Shown piece after piece: positions 56,359-64,000 of a stretch of DNA of 64,000 bases. The stretch lies in assembly GCA_040388985.1 (NCBI GenBank), contig JAZKAU010000002.1, forward strand, positions 52,570-116,569. The letters are read 5' to 3'. The number at the start of each line of letters is the position of its first letter. Within the stretch, counting starts at the first letter, position 1. A program made the position numbers and the translations under genes. The notes under the pieces were generated by a model. It searched no databases. It worked only from the letters and a program-made list of their open reading frames with translations, and was not told where the DNA came from. Source of the DNA: Patescibacteria group bacterium. Its GTDB lineage: Bacteria; Patescibacteriota; Minisyncoccia; Phycocordibacterales; Phycocordibacteraceae.

Positions 56359-57798
56359 CTAGACCAGGAGCGTGCGTATGTCCTGGATCTCTTTAGCAAG
56401 TTCCATATCATCCGCTATCTCCCGCTTCACCTTCTCGCAGGAATGGATGACGGTGGTGTGATCGCGTCCGCCGAGCTTGTTGCCAATGGTCGGGTACGAG
56501 ACGCTGAAATCCTCACGCAGGATGTACATGATGACCTGACGCGGACGTACCACTTCCCTCCTACGCGTCTTCTCGTAGATGCTGTCTTCATCGATACCGT
56601 AGAATTCCGCGACTTTCGATACGACATGTTTCACCGATATCTGCTTCGTAGGACGCGAGAAAGAACGCAGTGACTGCTTCACTTCAGCCAGATCTGGCGG
56701 AACTCCCTTTACTTGTGTGTGGCAGACGATGCTATTGATGACGCCTTCAAGCTCACGGATGGATCCTGCGACCGAGGTCGCGATGTACTCGACTGATTCG
56801 TCCGCGAGCGTTACGCCGTTGCTTGCCAGCTTCTTCCGCACGATATTGACCCTCGATTCGGTGTCCGGTTCCCCGATATCGACCGTCATGCCGCTTGCGA
56901 GCCGGCCTCGCAGGCGGTCGACGATGTCGGGGATAGCCACTGGCGCGCGGTCGGAGGAGAACAATATCTGCTTGTTGTTGTCGTAGAGGGAGTTGAAGAG
57001 GTGGAAGAGTTCTTCCTGGAACTTATCCTTCTTCGAAAAGAATTGGACGTCGTCGATTATAAGGAGGTCGTACTGGCGGTACTTCTCCTTGAAACGGTTT
57101 GCGGTGCCCGCCTGAAGCGAGTCTGTATACTCATTGCCGAAGCGATCGCTCGTCAGGTAATAGACCTTGCGGTTAGGATAGAGTTTCTTGTACTGATTGC
57201 CGATGGCTTGGATGAGGTGGGTCTTCCCTCTCCCGGTGTCTCCGTAGATGAAGAGCGGGTTGTAGGTAATGCCGGGACGATGTAGTGCAGCCTGAGCTGC
57301 CGTAAAGGCAAGCTCGTTAAAGGAGCCCACGACGAAGGAGTCGAAGGTATAGCGCGGATTGAGGTTATCGCTCTTATTTATATAGAAATCATCAAGAGGC
57401 AGCTCAGGAGTCGGAACGGGCGCACGGCGCGTCTCTTTGGGCTTGCGGGCCACATCCTTCACGATCGTGTACTCGATATTCCGGTACTCGTACGAGACCC
57501 CACGCAGTACTTTGAGCAGCAGCGTATTGAATTTCTTCAGGTACCAGTCCCGGAAGAAGAGGCTCGGTACGCCGATGTACACGATACCGTCCTCTATCTT
57601 CACGATGGAGCTTTCCCGGAACCACGTGTTGAAATTCGCGCTCGAGATGGAGAGTTCTATCTGGCTCAGCACGTATTCCCAGAGCTCGTGGGGGTCTGCG
57701 CGGTTTACCGTGCTTGTCGCGACCATAGTCATAGGCGATGAATGATTCGTGAATAATGCGTCGTATCTGCTATTTCCACCGCCTCTATCGTCCCGCAA
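56359..57798 (-). CDS. dnaA: chromosomal replication initiator DnaA
   Basis: AAA+ Walker [11 protein letters not shown]; sensor motifs. C-terminal DNA-binding domain (...[16 protein letters not shown]). 479 aa. Confidence 0.9.
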   Translation of the reverse strand: MRDDRGGGNSRYDALFTNHSSPMTMVATSTVNRADPHELWEYVLSQIELSISSANFNTWFRESSIVKIEDGIVYIGVPSLFFRDWYLKKFNTLLLKVLRGVSYEYRNIEYTIVKDVARKPKETRRAPVPTPELPLDDFYINKSDNLNPRYTFDSFVVGSFNELAFTAAQAALHRPGITYNPLFIYGDTGRGKTHLIQAIGNQYKKLYPNRKVYYLTSDRFGNEYTDSLQAGTANRFKEKYRQYDLLIIDDVQFFSKKDKFQEELFHLFNSLYDNNKQILFSSDRAPVAIPDIVDRLRGRLASGMTVDIGEPDTESRVNIVRKKLASNGVTLADESVEYIATSVAGSIRELEGVINSIVCHTQVKGVPPDLAEVKQSLRSFSRPTKQISVKHVVSKVAEFYGIDEDSIYEKTRRREVVRPRQVIMYILREDFSVSYPTIGNKLGGRDHTTVIHSCEKVKREIADDMELAKEIQDIRTLLV

Positions 57799-57900
57799 GC
57801 GTACATCGTAGCAGTAGTATACGCGCCCTACAGCTCGTGGAAAGAGGCTCGCATTTCTTGCACATCCCGAGTCAACCTGGTACTATCCTGTGGACAACGT

Positions 57901-58062
57901 ATGCCCAAGCGCACCTATCAACCGAAGAAGCGAAAGCGTGCTCGAACGCACGGCTTTCTCGCCCGTTCCGCCACCCCAGGCGGCCGCCGCGTGCTTCTCG
58001 CCCGTCGCCGTAAGGGTCGCGCGAGCCTCGCCGTTTCCCCGACCAAGGCTCCTAGCAAGTAA
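57901..58062 (+). CDS. rpmH: 50S ribosomal protein L34
   Basis: Hand translation gives [53 protein letters not shown]. Not in the ORF track (53 aa). Confidence 0.85.
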   Translation: MPKRTYQPKKRKRARTHGFLARSATPGGRRVLLARRRKGRASLAVSPTKAPSK

Positions 58063-58074
58063 ATAAGCCCTCCT

Positions 58075-58401
58075 ATGCTGCCTCGCTCGCTGCGGCTCAG
58101 TAGGCAGGGATTCGCGCTCGCCGGAAGGATGCGGCGTATCTCGAGCGCGCACTTCTCACTCTCGTATGCTGATCATCAGCAGATCGGCGGCTCCGCTGTC
58201 ATAGTCCCGAAGAAAGCCGTCAAAGGGGCGGTCGCACGTCACCTTCTGAAGCGGCGCGTACGCGCCGCACTCCTTCCCTTCAGCCGTCCGGACCGCGTCC
58301 TTATCATCTCTGCACGCACCGGGAGCGAAAAGCTTTCCTTTGCCGAGCTCGAGGCCGAGCTTTCTGAGCTCATTCGTCCTATAATGGGAACTACTACATG
58401 A
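58075..58401 (+). CDS. rnpA: ribonuclease P protein component
   Basis: Basic 108-aa protein in the rpmH-rnpA-yidC context (...RLSYADHQQIGGSAVIVPKKAVKGAVARHLLKRR...). Confidence 0.8.
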   Translation: MLPRSLRLSRQGFALAGRMRRISSAHFSLSYADHQQIGGSAVIVPKKAVKGAVARHLLKRRVRAALLPFSRPDRVLIISARTGSEKLSFAELEAELSELIRPIMGTTT

Positions 58402-59141
58402 TCGCTTCGCTCTTTCACAATATCCTCTACGTTCCGATCTATAACCTCCTTATCTTCTTCACGGGCAGTATCCCGGGCGGAGACGTGGGAATCGCCGTCA
58501 TCATCGTTACCATCATCGTGAAGCTGATCGTGATGCCACTTTCAATAAGCGCCGCGAAGACGCAGCGTCGGATGAAGCACGTCGAGCCGCAGATAAAGGC
58601 TATTCGCGAAAAATATAAGGACGATAAGCAGGCACAGGCCGCCGAGACGATGGCGCTCTACAAGAATAACGGCATCAAGCCGTTCTCAAGCATTTTTGCC
58701 GTATTCCTCCAATTGCCGATCATCATCGCGCTCTATATGGTGTTCCGGCACGAGCACTTGCTTACCGCGAATCTTTCGCTCATTTATCCTTTCATCACGC
58801 TCCCGGCCAGTATCTCCCCCTACTTCCTCGGCCTCTTCGCCACGACCGGCCACAGCATCACGCTGGCTGTCGTCGCAGCTGCCAGTCAGTTCCTCCAGGC
58901 GCGGCTCACCATACCTGTTCCTGAAAGATCTACGAGCGCAAAACCGTCTTCGAGCGAAGAGTTCGCGCGCGCGCTCGCACTCCAGTCCCGATTCATCCTC
59001 CCGGTCCTTATCGGCGTATTCGCTTACACCACGGGCGCCATCGCTCTCTATTTCATAACCAGCAGCATCGTCGCCGTCTTGCAGGAACTCTATTTGCGGC
59101 GAGTACGGCACATGTCTCCGGCAGAGCTCGTGACGACATAG
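58398..59141 (+). CDS. yidC: membrane protein insertase YidC/Oxa1 family (short form)
   Basis: 5-TM core (MIASLFHNILYVPIYNLLIFF...IVKLIVMPLS...). Conserved position after rnpA. Confidence 0.8.
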   Translation: MIASLFHNILYVPIYNLLIFFTGSIPGGDVGIAVIIVTIIVKLIVMPLSISAAKTQRRMKHVEPQIKAIREKYKDDKQAQAAETMALYKNNGIKPFSSIFAVFLQLPIIIALYMVFRHEHLLTANLSLIYPFITLPASISPYFLGLFATTGHSITLAVVAAASQFLQARLTIPVPERSTSAKPSSSEEFARALALQSRFILPVLIGVFAYTTGAIALYFITSSIVAVLQELYLRRVRHMSPAELVTT

Positions 59142-59183
59142 CCGTAGGGTGTCGCCACCTCACATTCCCTTCGACCAGCAGCT

Positions 59184-59362
59184 AAGCCTGTTGAAAAACC
59201 CGAGATGCAAGGCGGAGCAATGAGAAATTCCCAGGCGTACTAAGGCGCACCCCAAGGGCACTTCCTAATTTCTAACTCGATTACTCGTAAGAAATTAGGG
59301 GCGTACGTGAGAATTTCGAAGCAGCGACAACACAGCAGGTCGGGGAATTTCAGCAGGCTTAG
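59184..59362. mobile_element. MITE-like element copy C (minus orientation; inverted relative to copy B)
   Basis: Plus strand reads ...CTGTTGAAAAACCCGAGATGCAAGGCGGAGCAATGAGAAATTCCCAGGCGTACTAAGGCGCACCCCAAGGGCACTTCCTAATTTCTAACTCGATTACTCGTAAGAAATTAGGGGCGTACGTGAGAATTTCGAAGCAGCGACAACACAGCAGGTCGGGGAATTTCAGCAGGCTT, the reverse complement of copy B. Confidence 0.55.
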
Positions 59363-60615
59363 AGATCATACGCATATAAAGCCCCGCTACGCTTATCCGT
59401 GAAGAACAGCATATCTTCTGCCGGGTCTACCGAAAGAGCGACCGCATCCACCGATATCGCCCCGATCTGTGACGGGTCAACGACTAGTGTCGCCACGCGC
59501 CCCGTCAGATCTATCTTCCATATCCTGTCGGTGAAGGATGTGGCTCCCTGATACCAGTCATCGGGCAGATTCCCCGAAAGCCCGGTAGGAACGCCGCAGT
59601 ATGCGGAGAGTCCGTTCGCCGCCCACGCACACTTCTCTGAAAGGGTCGCAACCGGAAGTGCGGTAGCTGAGTGGCTCGCTATGTCCAGAACAGCCAAGTG
59701 ATAGACTCCTCCACTGATGTAACTATATATGACCTCGCTCCCAGATGGGCTCGGAAGAAGGGAGAGACCTTGTAGCGGCCCTAAGATACGGGTAAACGCC
59801 CCGGACGTCCTATTTATACTGAAACCATAGCCCCCGACCTCTGAGGCAGCCTTAGTAGCTGCGTACAGGTTTCCGCTGGTGGGATGCACGATGATAGAGG
59901 AAAGGAGCGAGGAGAAGAGGGTGCGCGACTTACTGCCATCAGCTTGCGCTATAGTCCCGACCGAGCCGGTCGTACCAGAGAAAAGCGTGAAGAGCGTGCT
60001 GCTCCCGGCGACGCTTGCTTGTACAAGATCTTGTTCAAGCAGGTATCCAGAACCTCCCGTGGCATCCAGGGCATAGGTACCTACGTGCTCGCTACCGTCG
60101 GCTGAGGAGAGGAACTGCGCGTACGCACGCGTACCGTCAGCGGTCCAGGAGGCCCTCTGTACGCCCGGCAAGGTCTTATTGCTGATACGCACCAGGGTAC
60201 GCGCGTGCGCGGTATACGCATAGACGTTCCCGCTCGCGCGATCGATAAAGCGTCCCTCGACATCAGGTATCGTGGGCGGCTTTGCGAGGGTCGTGGAGGC
60301 GGTCGATGATGCATTAACCGCCGTATCAGTAGTCGGTACGCCCGGCAACTGGACATCTATTGCGCTCATGCCAAGCGCGATCGGACCGTCAGTTACTTTT
60401 ACGAGACGCGGCGCGATATCCACCCCTGCACTCGATACGACTTCGTCGGTGCTCGGAAGATCACCACCCGGGGTAACGGTACCACTTCCGGTATTACCGA
60501 AAGGATTCCCTACCGAAAGCGTCGCTGCGCCTTTCGAAAAGATTAGGAAGTATATGCCGATAGCGATGCCGAGGACGACGATCACTCCCGCAACGATGAT
60601 AAGTATGCGTCTCAT
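59359..60615 (-). CDS. hypothetical membrane-anchored extracytoplasmic protein
   Basis: N-terminal TM MRRILIIVAGVIVVLGIAIGIYFLIF followed by ~390 aa Ser/Thr/Gly-rich, likely beta-rich domain. Confidence 0.45.
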   Translation of the reverse strand: MRRILIIVAGVIVVLGIAIGIYFLIFSKGAATLSVGNPFGNTGSGTVTPGGDLPSTDEVVSSAGVDIAPRLVKVTDGPIALGMSAIDVQLPGVPTTDTAVNASSTASTTLAKPPTIPDVEGRFIDRASGNVYAYTAHARTLVRISNKTLPGVQRASWTADGTRAYAQFLSSADGSEHVGTYALDATGGSGYLLEQDLVQASVAGSSTLFTLFSGTTGSVGTIAQADGSKSRTLFSSLLSSIIVHPTSGNLYAATKAASEVGGYGFSINRTSGAFTRILGPLQGLSLLPSPSGSEVIYSYISGGVYHLAVLDIASHSATALPVATLSEKCAWAANGLSAYCGVPTGLSGNLPDDWYQGATSFTDRIWKIDLTGRVATLVVDPSQIGAISVDAVALSVDPAEDMLFFTDKRSGALYAYDL

Positions 60616-60630
60616 AAGGTAGTAATCATA

Positions 60631-61608
60631 TTATTTCGGCTTTCCGCAGCAGATAGTATTGAGCGGACTTCCCGTACAACATCCGTGAGGAATAGCGAGG
60701 TATCCGTTAGCCGTGTTGCATTTATTTATCGAGGTCGCGGTAGTCGAAGCGATCTCCGTATATAGCATCTGGCATTGGTCGCCGGTTTGCGGCACGTTAG
60801 CATTCGCCGTACATACGTTGTAGTTGTTCTCATCAGTAGCGCATTGCTCGGAAGCAGGGACGACTCTGTATGTCGAAACGTCTTTTTTTACGCATCGATA
60901 CGTGATAGTCCCGTTGCTCTGCGTACATCGCGTAGCGTCAGCAGCCCTATCTCCTACATGCTCCCAGAGCATGGCATCTGATTCGGCAAATTGTCCGGGA
61001 ACTTTGACCTGACTGAGCTGGCCCGGCTGTAGCTGGCTAACGTCGAGGGAGAGGTTGAGTATCTTAGGGTTGATGATTCCGAAGACGATGGCGGGCGAGA
61101 GAACGAGCACGAGACCTATAAGGGCATTCTGTATGAGCGATTTAGCGTGCTCGTTGCCCGACACGCTGCCTTTATTCACCATGAACTCGAAGCCGGCACG
61201 CATGATCTGGATCACGGCGATGACTGCCGCAGCACCTATGCAGAGCTTATAGAGCCCGTTGAAAAAGGTCGGCAGATTCGGACTGTTCGCCGCTTCGATA
61301 AAGCCAGGGATAACGTTGAGGGGAACGAAGGCGCTGGTTACGGGAGCGGAATCCACCTGTGTCGCTTGTTGCGGCGCAGCCCCTTGCGTTGCAGGAGCGT
61401 TCGTTGGCTTAGCTGCGGGAGCGGGAGTCGAAGCTGGCTGGCTGGCTGGCGTCCCGTTCGCCGGCTGGCCCTCAGGCACGGGCGCGACAGGCGCAGGTCT
61501 GGTCACTGGCCCAGAGGTCTCCTGTGCATAGCTTGCAAGCGGCGCACACATGCCTAAGAGAATGAGTATCTGAGCGGTGCCGAGCGCGATGGTGCGGAAG
61601 TGTTTCAT
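60631..61608 (-). CDS. hypothetical secreted protein with VirB2/TrbC-pilin-like hydrophobic hairpin and Cys-rich C-terminal domain
   Basis: Signal peptide, Pro/Ala/Thr-rich linker, two adjacent TM helices (LCIGAAAVIAVIQIM / LIGLVLVLSPAIVFGII), C-terminal domain with about 10 Cys. Confidence 0.3.
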   Translation of the reverse strand: MKHFRTIALGTAQILILLGMCAPLASYAQETSGPVTRPAPVAPVPEGQPANGTPASQPASTPAPAAKPTNAPATQGAAPQQATQVDSAPVTSAFVPLNVIPGFIEAANSPNLPTFFNGLYKLCIGAAAVIAVIQIMRAGFEFMVNKGSVSGNEHAKSLIQNALIGLVLVLSPAIVFGIINPKILNLSLDVSQLQPGQLSQVKVPGQFAESDAMLWEHVGDRAADATRCTQSNGTITYRCVKKDVSTYRVVPASEQCATDENNYNVCTANANVPQTGDQCQMLYTEIASTTATSINKCNTANGYLAIPHGCCTGSPLNTICCGKPK

Positions 61609-61610
61609 GG

Positions 61611-62585
61611 TCAGAATCCGAATATGCCGGTACTTGCAGCCCCGAAGGAGACCGAAAGCGAGTTACCTCCGGACTGGATCGGCGCGCTCGACTGTGCTTG
61701 TATGCCGAGAAGCGCCGTTCCTTTGCCGTTTCCTGACGGGCGTACGGTTATATCTTGCCCTGTCTGGCTCGCCGTTCCGTTCACCTGCCAAGTGAGGCTT
61801 GGGGCGGTCGAGAAGTAATACGGTACGGCACGGTAGCTCTGTTCCGAATCCGTCAGGGTCGTCGCGCTCCCGAGCGCATTCTCGTAGCGCGGGCCGAGCA
61901 GCGGATCATTCTCGTAGATACGCACGGTCGGATCGGTAGGAGAGATGAGCGTGCTGGCTGAGCCGACCACGCTGCTATCCTGGCTCGCTACGGTGACCGA
62001 TATCGTCGTATCCCGATAGCGCACCGGCGCGGTAGCGGTAAGTACTGACTTTCCTATGCCGCTCGAGCTCTGAAGGATCTGATCCCCGTTCTTCCAGGTA
62101 TAGACGAGATTCTCGGGCGCGATAGGCGTTCCCGCACTCGTGCGCAAGTCTGGAATCGCGATAAGCCGCAGACGCCCTTCGCTCCCGATGAGCGGGCTGC
62201 CGTCGTAGAACGGATGAGTGCTTGAAATAGGTTCAACGACGAGCGCGACGTCGGCCGGATGTATCACGAGCTGCTTGGTATAGGTCTGCCCGTTCTGCAC
62301 CGCAGTCACGGTGATAGTCGTCGTCTGACCCGGTCCTCCCACGGCGACGCTCGCGCTCTCAGCACCACTGCCCTTCTGTACGACCGTGCCGTTCACCGAG
62401 AACGTCACGGTGCTTGCGGAGAGGTCGATGAGCGTGCTTTGGGGAGTGACGGTCACTATCTGATACGGTTCAGGATACTGCGGGTCTATGGAAATGCTAA
62501 GTGGGTCGACATTACCGAACTGGGCATGCGCTGAAAGCGCCCCTAAGAGCAGCAAGATGCCTATGAAAGTGAGGCGTGCGCGCAT
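61611..62585 (-). CDS. hypothetical secreted protein
   Basis: Signal peptide MRARLTFIGILLLLGALSAHAQ. Thr/Ser/Val-rich beta-type sequence. Confidence 0.45.
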   Translation of the reverse strand: MRARLTFIGILLLLGALSAHAQFGNVDPLSISIDPQYPEPYQIVTVTPQSTLIDLSASTVTFSVNGTVVQKGSGAESASVAVGGPGQTTTITVTAVQNGQTYTKQLVIHPADVALVVEPISSTHPFYDGSPLIGSEGRLRLIAIPDLRTSAGTPIAPENLVYTWKNGDQILQSSSGIGKSVLTATAPVRYRDTTISVTVASQDSSVVGSASTLISPTDPTVRIYENDPLLGPRYENALGSATTLTDSEQSYRAVPYYFSTAPSLTWQVNGTASQTGQDITVRPSGNGKGTALLGIQAQSSAPIQSGGNSLSVSFGAASTGIFGF

Positions 62586-62679
62586 TGCTCCCAGTATACC
62601 GCCTTATCTGCCCGGGAATGCCAGATTATACCCACTGAATCCCTGCTCGGCTTAGCAAGGCCAGCAACAGGAGGCAGTC

Positions 62680-63570
62680 TTAATTCACTCTGCTCGGTGC
62701 CTGACCATATCTGACCGCAGTCCCGTTATCCCGGAGGAATCTGAACGCCGACCGTATCTTTTCCGGGTAGGTCTCATCAGAACCCTGATCATTCTTTATC
62801 GTGATAACGAATTCTGCAGATTGCCAGGTGGAGCCACCCGCAAGCTCCCGTTCAGAATATTGCCTGTCGGCGAATCCGACCCCGGCGCTCCGCAGAAGCA
62901 TTCTCGCCTTACCAAGGTCGCTCTCCGGAACGACGAACTCGTTTGCCTTAAGCTGTTCCTCTATACGTTGGTCCGCATTCGCCCTGGACTTCTGAACAGC
63001 TGTTTCTGCTTCTTCGTCCTCTTCGTCGGACTCCTGCATCTCTTCGTCTTCGCGCTCCCGTTGCTCGAGCGCTTTCCGGTCTTGCAGTGCCGCTATTACC
63101 TTCTCGCCATAATCGAACCTCCTCTGCGCATCGGCAACTTCGGCCATCTTCGCTTCTCGCTGTGCTTTTTCAGCCTTAATCACCGCTTCTTCCTCGTCAC
63201 GTTTCCGGGAGTAATAGATAACCGTAATTACTCCAATTGTTATACCTGGTAGCGCGTCGAGAAACGGTACCAGCTCGATCACGAGAGAAATAAATGCAGT
63301 CGCAATTATTATGCCGGCGTGCCTGCCGGCAAAAAAGTTCACTCGCATCACACCGAACGCGACGAAAAAGAAACAGGATGCCAAAAATCCGACCAGGAAT
63401 GCGAATGGGGCACCGAGTACGGTAAGGTCGAGCAGAAACTGAAAACAATCAAGGATGAAGGCGATGCCGACCAAGAACCCGGCGACCACCAGAGGGACCT
63501 TATACGAAGCCTTTCCCTTAGGGATCTCATTCCAAACCCGTCGCGCACGATTCTTGAAGGTGTCTGCCAT
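62680..63570 (-). CDS. hypothetical membrane protein with acidic coiled-coil middle region
   Basis: 4 predicted TM helices N-terminal, then EEAVIKAEKAQREAKMAEVADAQRR...EDEEMQESDEEDEEAE. Confidence 0.45.
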   Translation of the reverse strand: MADTFKNRARRVWNEIPKGKASYKVPLVVAGFLVGIAFILDCFQFLLDLTVLGAPFAFLVGFLASCFFFVAFGVMRVNFFAGRHAGIIIATAFISLVIELVPFLDALPGITIGVITVIYYSRKRDEEEAVIKAEKAQREAKMAEVADAQRRFDYGEKVIAALQDRKALEQREREDEEMQESDEEDEEAETAVQKSRANADQRIEEQLKANEFVVPESDLGKARMLLRSAGVGFADRQYSERELAGGSTWQSAEFVITIKNDQGSDETYPEKIRSAFRFLRDNGTAVRYGQAPSRVN

Positions 63571-63616
63571 CTTTCTCAGTATAACGCGGACGATTATCCC
63601 GTAACCGGGAATCTAA

Positions 63617-64000
63617 CTACGCAACCTTAGTCTCCCCTTCTACCTCTGCTCGTTGCTTTTCTCGCTTGATAGCCAGGAGCTGCGACGGGTCGCTCGTTAT
63701 GATCTGATCCTCAGTGTAGGAAGCGACTATCTTGATAGCCACGTGCTTGAGACCTGCGAAGAAGAGCCCCTCCCCCACTCCAGACTCCAGAAGAAGGAAC
63801 TTCTCCTCGTCAGTCAGGTTGAAGGTTTCCTTGAGAATGTCGATGGTGGTCGGCGACTGCTTGAGAAGCAGCTGGATGGAAGAGTTCGTGAGGATAGGAC
63901 GGCCATACGGGCTCCTGAGGAAGTCCTCCACATCCTGCGTGATGGTGGCAAGCCCTAGGTAGTACTTGCGGCCCCGTTTGGCGAGGCTGTAGAGGAAGGA
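63617..64000 (-). CDS. VirB4/TrbE-like conjugative/T4SS ATPase, C-terminal fragment (gene continues past window end)
   Basis: The reading frame stays open to position 64000 (...RKYYLGLATITQDVEDFLRSPYGRPIL...GEGLFFAG...), resembling the C-terminal region of VirB4-family ATPases. Confidence 0.35.
   Translation of the reverse strand, partial: SFLYSLAKRGRKYYLGLATITQDVEDFLRSPYGRPILTNSSIQLLLKQSPTTIDILKETFNLTDEEKFLLLESGVGEGLFFAGLKHVAIKIVASYTEDQIITSDPSQLLAIKREKQRAEVEGETKVA

Overview
This is a 64 kb GC-rich bacterial chromosomal segment that includes the replication-origin gene block: dnaN and dnaA on the minus strand, divergent from rpmH-rnpA-yidC. Housekeeping genes are present (polA, ruvA/ruvB/ruvC, rplS, rpsT, a class A PBP, a Mur ligase, tsaE, and RluA-family, NUDIX and YebC genes). 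I hand-folded 9 tRNA genes: His, Leu-GAG, Val, Leu-CAG, Arg-TCT, Ser, Arg-GCG, Arg-CCG and Lys. The most unusual content is an 18 kb block (8.0-26.1 kb) with one Liv-type ABC importer (livG-livF, then livH-livM) surrounded by six paralogous LivK-type substrate-binding protein (SBP) genes and seven paralogous TrmB-like HTH regulator genes. Two more TrmB paralogs lie at 4.1 kb and 49.4 kb, giving nine in the window. Most TrmB genes carry a TTGTNG-N7-9-CNACAA inverted repeat 2-21 bp upstream of the start codon. Two radical SAM enzymes (an uncharacterised 416-aa CxxxCxxC protein and a HemN-like protein) are each divergently paired with a TrmB paralog across an AT-rich intergenic region. Three homing-endonuclease-type genes directly abut tRNA genes on the same strand: HNH with tRNA-His (16-nt overlap), HNH with tRNA-Ser, and LAGLIDADG with tRNA-Lys. 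There is a small family of MITE-like elements with imperfect ~20-bp terminal inverted repeats (TIRs), four copies, two of which are inverted and bracket the dnaA/oriC block. A duplicated ~110-bp element carrying an antisense pseudo-tRNA-Leu 3' fragment follows both tRNA-Leu genes. Tandem tRNA-Arg genes with diverged anticodons flank a His-rich internal-repeat mini-protein. A RuvX/YqgF-tRNA-binding-domain fusion is present, and T4SS-like genes (VirB2-like pilin, VirB4-like ATPase fragment) sit at the 3' edge. No CRISPR array or rRNA was seen. Many long antisense ORFs in the track are high-GC artefacts.
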